Source: Alphaproteobacteria bacterium (GTDB lineage: Bacteria > Pseudomonadota > Alphaproteobacteria > MPNO01). From it: 64,000 bases of DNA. The notes beneath the pieces were generated by a model. That model was not told where the DNA came from. It ran no database searches and saw nothing but the letters and a program-made list of their open reading frames with translations. Positions within the stretch are counted from its first letter, which is position 1, and the number at the start of each line of letters is the position of its first letter. This document shows positions 20,964 through 29,773 of the stretch, in pieces. The stretch lies in assembly GCA_964291675.2 (NCBI GenBank), contig OZ219866.1, positions 3,552,001-3,616,000 on the forward strand, in the 5' to 3' direction. A program made the translations under genes and the position numbers.

Positions 20964-21746
20964 TCACCCGGCCTGCGCGTCGAGGAAGCCGGCGAGCAGG
21001 CGGTTGAACGCTGCCGGTCGATCGAGATTGGCGATGTGGCCGGCGCCGGGGATCGTCTCCAGCCTGGCGTTCGGGATGGCGTCGGCGATCTGCCGCGAGT
21101 GGGCGAGGGGGGTCACCTCGTCCGCTTCGCCCCAGATCACCAGCGCCGGGGCGCGGACCGAGGCGGCTTCGGCGGTGAAGGCTATGCGGTCGAAGATCGC
21201 CTTCATCACGTCGATATAGGCCTCCGGAGGAACTTTCGCGATCGCTGCCGCGAGGTCGTCGCGCGCCGCGTCCGACGCCGAGGCGATGAGGCGGGACTCG
21301 ACATAGCGCCGGCCGAACTCGGCCATCGGCGTCGACCGGATGGCCTTCGCCCATTCCGGGATGCGCGCGCCGCCCACCTCCCGCATGTCGACGAAGCCGT
21401 CGGCGAGCGCGACCGAGCGCACCGCCTCCGGCCATCGGGCGGCGAAGGAGAGCGCGATCGGCACGCCCATGGCGAGCCCGACCAGGTGGCAGACCCCGAC
21501 GCCGAGCGCATCGAGACCGGCCTTGAGGTCGGCCGCCGCCCCGGCGACGGTGAAGCGGGCGTTGTAGGAGCTCGCCCCGTGGCCCCGGCAGTCGAAGGCG
21601 ATGCAGCGGTAGCGGTCGGCGAGCGCGGCGAGCTGGCCGCGCCACATCGTCCAATCCGCCCCCATCGAGTGGATCAGCAGCACCGCGGGCCCGCACCCGT
21701 CCTCCCGGTAGTGGAGCCGTTCGCCGTTGGCGTCGACATGGGGCAT
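20964..21746 (-). CDS. Alpha/beta hydrolase (3-oxoadipate enol-lactonase-like)
   Basis: LLIHSMG; DCRGHG; GEADEVTP; GAGH; the nucleophile elbow reads GLAMG instead of GxSxG. Confidence 0.8.
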   Translation of the reverse strand: MPHVDANGERLHYREDGCGPAVLLIHSMGADWTMWRGQLAALADRYRCIAFDCRGHGASSYNARFTVAGAAADLKAGLDALGVGVCHLVGLAMGVPIALSFAARWPEAVRSVALADGFVDMREVGGARIPEWAKAIRSTPMAEFGRRYVESRLIASASDAARDDLAAAIAKVPPEAYIDVMKAIFDRIAFTAEAASVRAPALVIWGEADEVTPLAHSRQIADAIPNARLETIPGAGHIANLDRPAAFNRLLAGFLDAQAG

Positions 21747-21991
21747 GGACGTCCTCCGTACGGGCAGGGCCGGCGCCATTCTAGCCCGCATTTCCGGCCG
21801 GCGGCGGCGACAGGCCGCGGCCCGGGCGGGTCGGCCGATTGCTTGCTCCGAATTTGCTACTTTAAGTAGCATGAACGATATGGAACTATATCCTTTCGTG
21901 TTCTTCCTCCGGCGTCGAGGGGCCGGGGAGACGGTGGAAGACGGGAGGGGCGACAATGCGGAGGGATCGACAGGCGGGGGCGGAGAACCGG

Positions 21992-24900
21992 ATGCGGCGC
22001 GTGGCGGCGCGCGCGGCCGTGGCTTTCGCCGTCTCGCTCGCGGCGCTGGCGTTGGGCGCCGGGAAGGCGGCCCACGCCGTCCTGCTGGTCGGCAACGGGA
22101 CCAATAGGTCCACCGGTCTGGTGTTGCTGCAGACGAACGACGTCGCCCAGGCGTTCCGCACCGGGGGCGAAACGGCCGGCTACCGGCTGACCGGCCTAGA
22201 GATCGAGCTGAGGATCCTGATACTCGCCGACGCGCCCACGGTGACGCTGCACAGCGGCTCCGCGACCGGGAAGAAGATCGCCGACTTCGACTTCACCGGG
22301 ACGTTGGGCGTCATTCCCGATCTTCCAAAGCTGTTCACGTTCGAGCCGGCCTCGGCGGTGACCCTCTCGGCGGAGACGGATTACTGGATCGTGGTCGAAG
22401 CCCATAGCGGAACCCCGGTCGTGTACCTTGCCGGCACGGCGGAGGACGCCAACAGCGCGAGCGGCTGGAGCATCGCCGACAGGTACCAGTCGCGAGCGGC
22501 GTTGTGGCCCGGCAGCTTCCGGAACAGCAGCGCCGACGGCGCCGTCAAGTTCGTCCTCAGGGGCACGGTCGTCCCGGCCAACGCCGCCCCCACGGCCTCG
22601 AACCGCGACATCGACCTGGACGCGGACACGGACCACGTCTTCGCCGAGGCGGATTTCGGCTTCAGCGATACGGACCCCGGCGACATGCTGGCGAGCGTGA
22701 AGATCGTCTCGCTGCCGGCATCCGGCAAGGGCACGCTCTCGCTCGACGGCACGCCGATCGCGGCGGCGGACCTGCCCAGGACGGTCACCGCGGCGCAGCT
22801 CGCCGGCGGCGAGCTGGTCTACACCCCGCCGACGGGCCAGGACGGGGAGGATTTCGCGAGCTTCGACTTCCGGGTGAACGACGGCACCGCCGACAGTCAG
22901 GTCTACACGATCACCATCGACGTGAACCCGCCGCTCAACGCCCCGGCCACCGGCACGCCCGCGATATCCGGCGATCCGCGGGTCGGCCAGGTCCTTACCG
23001 CCGGGCCGGGCGACATCGCCGACGCCGACGGGCTGCCGTCCACCTTCGCCTATCGGTGGATACGGGTGGACGGGATGGACGAGACCGACATCCCGAACGC
23101 GACCGCGCGCAGCTACAGGCTGGTCGCCGACGACGAGGGCAAGCAGGTCAGGGTGGCGCTGTCGTTCACCGACAACGCGGAGAACCGGGAGATGCGCACC
23201 AGCGGCGTCTACCCGCCGGGCGGCACCGTCGGGCCCGCCCGCGACACCGTCGGGCCCACCCGCGACACCGTCGTGGTGGTTCCGCCGGCCAACTCCCCGG
23301 CCACCGGCACGCCCGCGATATCCGGCGATCCGCGGGTCGGCCAGGTCCTCACCGCCGGGTGGGGCGACATCGCCGATGCCGACGGGCTGCCTGCCGCCAT
23401 CGCCTATCGGTGGATACGGGTGGACGGGATGGACGAGACCGATATCGCGAACGCGACCGCGCGCAGCTACAGGCTGGTCGCCGCCGACGCGGGCAAGCAG
23501 GTCAGGGTGGCGCTGTCGTTCACCGACAACGCGGGGAACCGGGAGACGCTGACCAGCGACGCCTACCCGCCGGGCGCCACCGTCGAGCCGGACGGCGCGG
23601 ACCTCCCGGTGGATCCCGGGGCGTGGCTCGCGCGCTTCGGCCGGGCGGTGGGCGACCAGGCCGTGGCGGCGGTGCAGGCGAGGCTCGGCGCGCCGCGCAC
23701 GGCGGGCGTCTCGGCGCGCCTCGCCGGGCAGGCCGTGCGCGGTCCCGATGGCGCGCGGGAGGGCGCGAGGGGGCTGGAGACGCTCGCCGAGCGGCTGCGC
23801 GACGGCGCCGGCGAGGCCGGTCTCCGCTCGCGGACGCTTTCCGGGCGCAAGGCGATGGCGGGCTCGTCGGTCGCGCTCGCCGGCGGGTCGGCGGAGCGCG
23901 GCTTCGCGGCGTTCTGGGGCCACGGCGCGGTGAACCGCTTCGACGGGCGCGACGGCGCGCTCGCCGTCGACGGCGAGGTGGCGAGCGCTTCGGTCGGCGC
24001 GGACTGGACGCGCGGCCGGATGCTGGCCGGGATAATGGTCTCGCACGCGCGCGGCACGGGCGGCTACCGCTCCCCGTCGGGGCGCGGCACGCTGGGCTCG
24101 TCGCTGACCGCAATCTTCCCCTATGGAAGCTACGCGCTCGACCAGCGGTTCTCGCTGTGGGGCATGGCGGGCTATGGCGAGGGGCGGCTGGAACGGAAGC
24201 CCGACGGGGGCGCGTTGCTGAGCCCCGACATGTCGCTCGCGATGGCGGCGGTCGGCTTGCGCGGCGTTCTCCTCGGCGGCGGCGACGGGCCGACGCTCGC
24301 CGCGAAGTCGGACGCGATGGCGGTGCGCTCGCGCAGCGAGGCGGTGACCGGCCTGGCCGGCTCGGAGGCCGAGGCGACGCGGCTGCGCTTCGCGTTCGAG
24401 GGCTCGCGACCCTTCCGCATCGGCGCGGTCGCGGTCGTGACGCCGAGCCTGGAGGCCGGGCTGCGGCATGACGGCGGCGACGCGGCGACCGGTGCCGGCG
24501 CGGATGTCGGGGCCGGGCTCGCCGTGTCCGACCCCTCGCGCGGGGTCTCGGCGGCGGTCCGCGCGCGCGCCGATGCGGACGATGTGCGCATATACGGGAT
24601 CTCGGGGACGCTCGCCTACGACCCGGCGCCCGATACGGAGCGGGGTCTCTCGCTCGACCTGTCGCAGACGCTGGGCGGGAGGGCGGCGGGCGCCGCGGAT
24701 GCGCCGTTCGCGCGCGGGGCGCTCGCGGGGCAGGGCGCGGAGGCCGGGGACGACGCGCGCCGCCGGCGGCGCATCGAGGCACGGCTCGGCTACGGGTTCG
24801 GGGTGTGGGGCGCGCGCTGGACGGCGGTCCCCGGGCTCCGTCTCCGCTTCTCGGAAACCGACACCGAGCTCCGCCTTGGCGGGCGCCTCGTCGAGCGGCC

Positions 24901-25132
24901 GGCGGCGGGGCTCGCCTTCGCGCTCGAAGTCGAGGGCGGGCGGCGCGAATACGCCGACGGCGGCGCCGGGCCCGAGCATGAGCTCGGTCTCGGCCTCGGC
25001 TGGCGGCTGAGTCCCGGGCGAGACCCGCAACGGGCGTTCGAATTGCGCATCGGCGCGGCGCGCAGCGAAACCGCCGATGACGACCGGCCGCCGGAGCACC
25101 GGGTGAACCTCACCGCAACCGCGCGCTGGTAG
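21992..25132 (+). CDS. Autotransporter-like surface protein (signal peptide, cadherin-like domain, two Ig-like repeats, C-terminal beta-barrel)
   Basis: Signal peptide ending AHA; NAAPTA...FDFRVNDG; two ~98-aa repeats; WLARFGR linker; terminal TATARW; alternative start at 21956. Confidence 0.8.
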   Translation: MRRVAARAAVAFAVSLAALALGAGKAAHAVLLVGNGTNRSTGLVLLQTNDVAQAFRTGGETAGYRLTGLEIELRILILADAPTVTLHSGSATGKKIADFDFTGTLGVIPDLPKLFTFEPASAVTLSAETDYWIVVEAHSGTPVVYLAGTAEDANSASGWSIADRYQSRAALWPGSFRNSSADGAVKFVLRGTVVPANAAPTASNRDIDLDADTDHVFAEADFGFSDTDPGDMLASVKIVSLPASGKGTLSLDGTPIAAADLPRTVTAAQLAGGELVYTPPTGQDGEDFASFDFRVNDGTADSQVYTITIDVNPPLNAPATGTPAISGDPRVGQVLTAGPGDIADADGLPSTFAYRWIRVDGMDETDIPNATARSYRLVADDEGKQVRVALSFTDNAENREMRTSGVYPPGGTVGPARDTVGPTRDTVVVVPPANSPATGTPAISGDPRVGQVLTAGWGDIADADGLPAAIAYRWIRVDGMDETDIANATARSYRLVAADAGKQVRVALSFTDNAGNRETLTSDAYPPGATVEPDGADLPVDPGAWLARFGRAVGDQAVAAVQARLGAPRTAGVSARLAGQAVRGPDGAREGARGLETLAERLRDGAGEAGLRSRTLSGRKAMAGSSVALAGGSAERGFAAFWGHGAVNRFDGRDGALAVDGEVASASVGADWTRGRMLAGIMVSHARGTGGYRSPSGRGTLGSSLTAIFPYGSYALDQRFSLWGMAGYGEGRLERKPDGGALLSPDMSLAMAAVGLRGVLLGGGDGPTLAAKSDAMAVRSRSEAVTGLAGSEAEATRLRFAFEGSRPFRIGAVAVVTPSLEAGLRHDGGDAATGAGADVGAGLAVSDPSRGVSAAVRARADADDVRIYGISGTLAYDPAPDTERGLSLDLSQTLGGRAAGAADAPFARGALAGQGAEAGDDARRRRRIEARLGYGFGVWGARWTAVPGLRLRFSETDTELRLGGRLVERPAAGLAFALEVEGGRREYADGGAGPEHELGLGLGWRLSPGRDPQRAFELRIGAARSETADDDRPPEHRVNLTATARW
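22937..23585 (+). repeat. Two near-identical ~295-bp intragenic repeats separated by a 21-bp tandem duplication
   Basis: N(A/S)PATGTPAISGDPRVGQVLTAG... occurs twice; CACCGTCGGGCCC(G/A)CCCGCGA x2 at 23224-23272. Confidence 0.85.
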
Positions 25133-25334
25133 CCCGCGGGGGCTGTCGCGCGAACGCCGCTTGGCACCCCGGCATTTTGCCTGTATGGTCCGCCCGGCGT
25201 TGCCAGGTCGTCGTTGGTGACCCGATTGCCCGCGCGCGCGGGCGGCCAGGTTTCTTTCCCGACATTGCGAACGTTATCCAGAGAGGTGCCGCATGAGGCG
25301 GCGCTTCGCCCATCTGTCGTGAAAGGAAGCGACG

Positions 25335-25544
25335 ATGCCTACAGGTACCGTAAAGTGGTTCAACCCCGCCAAGGGTTACGGGTTCATCGAGCCGGAGGAT
25401 GGCTCGAGGGACGTATTCGTCCATATCAGCGCGGTCGAGAGGGCCGGGCTCGCCACGCTGAACGAAGGGCGCAAGGTGTCCTTCGAGCTCGTGTCCGGCC
25501 GCAACGGCAAGACCTCCGCCGAGAACCTCGCCCTCGACGGATAG
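25335..25544 (+). CDS. cspA: Cold-shock protein
   Basis: [15 protein letters not shown] (RNP1) and DVFVHISA (RNP2). Confidence 0.95.
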   Translation: MPTGTVKWFNPAKGYGFIEPEDGSRDVFVHISAVERAGLATLNEGRKVSFELVSGRNGKTSAENLALDG

Positions 25545-25598
25545 AGCCACGATGGGGCGGGCCCTGTCCGCCCCGCACCAACATCGCGGAGATCGTCC

Positions 25599-25760
25599 AT
25601 GGCCCGAAAGCCGAACTACAGCTTCGAACGGCGCCAGCGCGAGATCGCGAAAGCCGAGAAGAAGGCGGCGCGGCTGGAAGCCAAGGCCAGGAAACGCGAA
25701 CGGCAATCGGCCGAGAGCGGGTCCGGCGAAAGCGACCGCGAGCCCGGGGAGACCGGGTAG
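25599..25760 (+). CDS. Small basic 53-aa protein, absent from the ORF track
   Basis: MARKPNYSFERRQREIAKAEKKAARLEAKARKRERQ...; GGAG RBS upstream; follows cspA. Confidence 0.6.
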   Translation: MARKPNYSFERRQREIAKAEKKAARLEAKARKRERQSAESGSGESDREPGETG

Positions 25761-25782
25761 CGGCGTCCGCACGGGATGCCGC

Positions 25783-26549
25783 TCAGCGCATCACCAGCCC
25801 GCCGTCGACATACAGCGTCTGGCCGGTCATGAAGCCGCTCCAGTCGGAGGCGAGGAACAGCACCGGGCCGGCCACGTCCTCGGGCCGGGCGATCCGTCTC
25901 AGCGGCGTGTCGGCGACGATGCGCTGCATGGTCGCTTCCGGCGTGTCGCGGGTCGAACCGGTCGGGTAGACCAGCCCGGGGGCGACGCAGTTGACCCGGA
26001 CCCCCGCGGTCCGAGCTCGGCGGCGAGGTTGCGGCTGAAGGCGACCAGCGCCGCCTTGGCGGTGGTGTAGGCGTGGTAGGGGATGACCGGACGTTCCACC
26101 AGATCGGTGGCGAGGTTGACGATGCTCCCCTTCGCCCGCCCGGCGAAGGCCGGGATCGCCGCCCGGCAGACATTGAAGCTCGCGCGCAGCGTGCCCTCCA
26201 TCTGGCGGTCGTAGTCCTCCCAGCCGAGCTCCCAGAACGGGGTGCGCGACGCCGGGTCGAAGGCGTAGCCGGCGAAGGCGTTGTTGACCACCGCATCGAG
26301 CCGGCCGAGCTCCGCCTCGACGCCGGCGATCATGGCGGCGACCGCGTCCGCGTCGCGCACGTCGGCCCGCACCGGCCAGCCGTCGCCGCCGGCCTCGCGG
26401 CACGCGGCCGCGACCCCGGCGGCGGCATCGGCGCTGGCGAGATAGTTGACCGCGACGCGGGCGCCCTCGGCCGCGAAGGCGCGGGCGATGGCGGCCCCGA
26501 TCCCGCGGCTCGCGCCCGTCACCAGAACCACGCGGTCGCGAAAATCCAT
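25783..26549 (-). CDS. SDR oxidoreductase (FabG-like) with an apparent 1-nt frameshift near 26001-26005
   Basis: VTGASRGIG; NNA; YTTAK; continues in another frame as VRVNCVAPG...TGQTLYVDGG. Confidence 0.8.
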
Positions 26550-26568
26550 CGCCGCCCCCGCCGCGCCG

Positions 26569-28014
26569 TCAGTCGAGATAGTCGGCGAGCTCTTCGGCCG
26601 CCGCCTCGGCGCCGCGCTCGATCTCGACGATACGCACCAGGTCGAGCAGGTTGAACCGCCCGTCATGGTGCCAGCCGGCCTCCGGCGCGGTCATCTCGCC
26701 GAGCGCGCAGATCCGCGACGCCCCCGCCTCGCCGAGCAGGGCAGACAGGTGGAACAGCGTCTCCGGCGGCGCCGCGACGCCGACGGTCTGGAGGAAGGGG
26801 GCGTGTCTCGCGACCTCCGGGAGCGCGTCTTCGAGGCGGTCGAGCGCGGCCACCTTCACCGTGCGGTTGGCGCCGCCGGGCGCGAGCGCAAGGTCGTCCT
26901 CGGCGAAGGCGACGCTCCACCCGCCCTCGTCGTCGCCCGCCACCTCGATCGCGCCGAGCACGGCCGCGAGCGCCGCGTCGTCGCGGAGGATGGAGAGCCG
27001 GGCCGCCTCGCCCGCGTCCAGCGCGCGGCGCGGGAAGCGGTGCGCGAGCGCGGCGATCTCGTTCCCGAGATAGTTCGCGAAGTCGCGCGGCGAGACCGTC
27101 CCGCCGCGCTCGACATAGAAGACATGCGGCGAGTAGCAGCCGTGCTGGTCGTAGCGGACCACGTCCCAGGCCGCCCTGCCCGCGGTTTCGACGGCCTTGT
27201 CGGCGTCGAGCGCCGCCGCCGCCACCATGGCGAAGCTCAGCTTGTGGCCGAACGGCAGGAACCGCGTGGTGACCGGGAGCCGGTCGCGGATGTCCTCCAG
27301 CGTCTCGCTGCCGCCATAGGCGAGCACGAGGTCGGCGGCGTCGAGCAGCGCCTGCTGGCGTTCGTCGTCGCCCCGCCACCAGACGATGCCGATGCACTCG
27401 GCGATGCCGGGGTCGATCTCGGCCACCGCCTCGGCGAACCAGCCGGCCAGCAGCGGCTCGGCGCTCGGCAGCTTGCCGATGCCGGCGGACTTGACCAGCA
27501 GGCCGGAGACCAGGCTCCACAGCGGCAGGCCGGGCACGTTGCCGGCCCAGACATGGGCGATCAGCGACGGCCCGACGGCGCGGCCGTAGCCGCCCTTGCG
27601 CAGCGGCTGGAAGCAATCGAGCATCGCCGGGTTGGAGAAGTCCTCGGCGACGAAGGCGTCGAGCTGGGGCGCGCGGAAGGTCTTCAGATACGCGGTGAGG
27701 CCGAGCCTGACGGTCTCCGGGTCGAAGCCGGTGACCGCCGGCAGCAGCTCTTCCGCCTTGCGGCGGCGCGCATTGGAGCGGTCGAGCAAAGAGCGGATCG
27801 CGCGGTCGAGGACATACACGATCTCCCCGGTCGAGAGCCCGACGAGGCGGCGCGCGCGGGCGTCCCTGACATGCTCCGCCAGCGCTTCCGTCTGTGCGTC
27901 GGTCAGCGCGGGTACCGCCACCTCGACGCGGCGCCCCCAGCCCTCGAAGCGCAGCGTCTCCCGCTCCACGCTCTCGGCCGGCAGGCCCGGAAGATGGCCG
28001 GCGAGCTCGGCCAC
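26569..28014 (-). CDS. LuxC-like acyl-CoA/acyl-protein reductase
   Basis: HVWAGNVPG; LAYGGSET; FGHKLSF; YDQHGCYSP with the catalytic Cys; WHHDG. Confidence 0.85.
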   Translation of the reverse strand: MAELAGHLPGLPAESVERETLRFEGWGRRVEVAVPALTDAQTEALAEHVRDARARRLVGLSTGEIVYVLDRAIRSLLDRSNARRRKAEELLPAVTGFDPETVRLGLTAYLKTFRAPQLDAFVAEDFSNPAMLDCFQPLRKGGYGRAVGPSLIAHVWAGNVPGLPLWSLVSGLLVKSAGIGKLPSAEPLLAGWFAEAVAEIDPGIAECIGIVWWRGDDERQQALLDAADLVLAYGGSETLEDIRDRLPVTTRFLPFGHKLSFAMVAAAALDADKAVETAGRAAWDVVRYDQHGCYSPHVFYVERGGTVSPRDFANYLGNEIAALAHRFPRRALDAGEAARLSILRDDAALAAVLGAIEVAGDDEGGWSVAFAEDDLALAPGGANRTVKVAALDRLEDALPEVARHAPFLQTVGVAAPPETLFHLSALLGEAGASRICALGEMTAPEAGWHHDGRFNLLDLVRIVEIERGAEAAAEELADYLD

Positions 28015-29090
28015 TACCCCCTCGCGGCCTCCAGGAACTCGGCGACCGCCATCGAGCATCCCTGGGCTTCCTCGTCGTCGGCGCGGCCGAGCAGCACGAA
28101 GCCGTCTGCGCAGGCGACCCCGACATCCTCGGTCATGATCGCCGCCGCCGAGTTGTAGTTGGCAAGGTCGCAATGGACCAGGATGCCGGGCGCGCCATCC
28201 GGGACGTCGGCGCCCGACAGCGGGTCGACGACCCGCGAGCGGATCCAGTGCGGGCCGGACTTGGGCGCGCCCGCCCGGTCGTTGCCGTCGTCGTAGAACT
28301 GGGTGCTGAGCTCGGTCATGCCGTACATGTTGACGCAGCTCGCGGGCGCGACGCCGAGCAGATCCTCCATGCGGGCGTAGAACTCGCCTGCCGCCACGTC
28401 GCGCGAGCGGCCCTTGAAGCCGCCGGTATCCAGCACCCGGCTGCCGGGCGGCAGGCGCCAGCTCCTGCCGCCGCGCCCCATCTCGTCGAAGGCGTGGACG
28501 AAGCTGTAGGTCGCGCCCAGGAGCGCGTAGGGCTCGCCGGTGCCCGCCGCCTCGTCGAGCGCGCGGAACAGGCGGTCGTTCTCCAGCCCCTTCTGGTCGA
28601 GCAGGTATTCGCTGTCCGGCGTGCCGAAATTCTTCGCCGCCAGCGCGAGGTAGTGGGCGAGCGAGGAGTTGGGCATCTCCTCCTCGGTGGGGAACAGGAT
28701 TCCCATGCGGATGCGCTCGCGCCCGCGCATGAAGCGGGCGCGGAAATTCTCGATCATCGACCGGTCGTAGACCGCCAGCGTCGGGTGGTAGCAGCGCCCG
28801 CGCGCGCCCCCCGTGGTGCCGCTGGTCATGAACACGCGCTCGGTCTCCGCCGGCGCGACGCAGCTCAGCGTGAGCGTCTTGAAGGCGCTGATCGGCACCG
28901 GCGGGATCTCGCGCCAGCTCCTCGCGGAACGCGGCGTCCGGCCCTTCTTCAGGCAGAAGCGGCGGAAGCTCTCGTTGCTCCCGAACTGATGCGCGAACAG
29001 GGCGAGCGCGAGCGCGTCGAACTCCTCTTCCGTCGACGTTTCCCGCCCGATGAAGTCGAGCACGCGATCGCTCAGGGCTGGTTCCGCCAC
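28014..29090 (-). CDS. LuxE-like acyl-protein synthetase
   Basis: FMTSGTTG; DTGGFKGR; YGMTELSTQ; TEDVG; LLGRA...AQGCS with the C-terminal acylated Cys; GTG start. Confidence 0.85.
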   Translation of the reverse strand: MAEPALSDRVLDFIGRETSTEEEFDALALALFAHQFGSNESFRRFCLKKGRTPRSARSWREIPPVPISAFKTLTLSCVAPAETERVFMTSGTTGGARGRCYHPTLAVYDRSMIENFRARFMRGRERIRMGILFPTEEEMPNSSLAHYLALAAKNFGTPDSEYLLDQKGLENDRLFRALDEAAGTGEPYALLGATYSFVHAFDEMGRGGRSWRLPPGSRVLDTGGFKGRSRDVAAGEFYARMEDLLGVAPASCVNMYGMTELSTQFYDDGNDRAGAPKSGPHWIRSRVVDPLSGADVPDGAPGILVHCDLANYNSAAAIMTEDVGVACADGFVLLGRADDEEAQGCSMAVAEFLEAARG

Positions 29091-29273
29091 CCCGCACCCC
29101 GCAAGGCATCCACAGTCAAGCGAAGGTGGCGTTTCCCGCCCCGGATGTCCAGTTCTCCTGCGCCCCGATGGGCGGGACGCGGCCCCGTCATGACGTTGGG
29201 GAGTGTGACGACGACGCGGGCCGCACCCGGTTCTTCCCGGCCCGCCCATGGGTGGCCGGAACTCCCCTCACCC

Positions 29274-29547
29274 CGTCATGCCCGGACTTGATCCGGGCAC
29301 CCATGCAGCCTCTCGGCGCGCACAACGGCCCGTCGGGAGGGGCGGCGGTGGGTGGCCGGATCAAGTCCGGCCATGGGTGCCCGGATCAAGTCCAGGCATG
29401 ACGGGGGAGGGGCATGACGCGGGCACCCATGCAGCCTCTGGGCGCGCACAACGGCCCGTCGGGAGAGGTGGCGGTGGGTGGCCGGATCAAGTCCGGCCAT
29501 GGGTGCCCGGATCACCCCCGGACTCGATCCGGGGGCCGGGCATGACG
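29274..29547. repeat. Tandem composite CGTC-REP elements including a nested hairpin
   Basis: Two copies of GGCACCCATGCAGCCTCT..GCGCGCACAACGGCCCGTCGGGAG..GGTGGCCGGATCAAGTCCGGCCATGGGTGCCCGGATCA. Confidence 0.87.
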
Positions 29548-29773
29548 AGGGAGGGGCGTGACGCGGGAACGTGCTGCGCGCGGGGAGGGCGCGTATCGAA
29601 GGGCGCTTGTCCAGATAAACTGGCGGGCGGGCGGCTGGCGCGGATCGACGAGGGAACCGCCGCCCGTCCAGCAATCTGGACAAGCCTCCATCGAAGGACC
29701 GTGGCGCGAGGCGAACCTCGCCCCTCGCGCGGCGCTTGCGAGGCGGCGGGCGGGGTCGCATGATCGGCGCGCG

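Noticed and set aside
26001-26005. SDR frameshift as a pseudogene or programmed frameshift
   Set aside because: Adding one base to the C5/G5 run restores the frame and both halves look intact. A homopolymer sequencing error is more likely; check the reads.
26569-29090. Bioluminescence (lux) operon
   Set aside because: No luxA, luxB, luxD or luxG in the window.
29091-29270. TPP or other riboswitch upstream of the luxE-like gene
   Set aside because: The conserved CTGAGA and CCTGA...GGGA elements were not found by eye, and part of the region is REP spacer. An Infernal scan is needed to exclude it.
29274-29547. Possible CRISPR array in the repeat clusters
   Set aside because: The repeats are inverted palindromic arms with recurring rather than unique spacers and irregular spacing, and there are no cas genes. 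They are REP-like.
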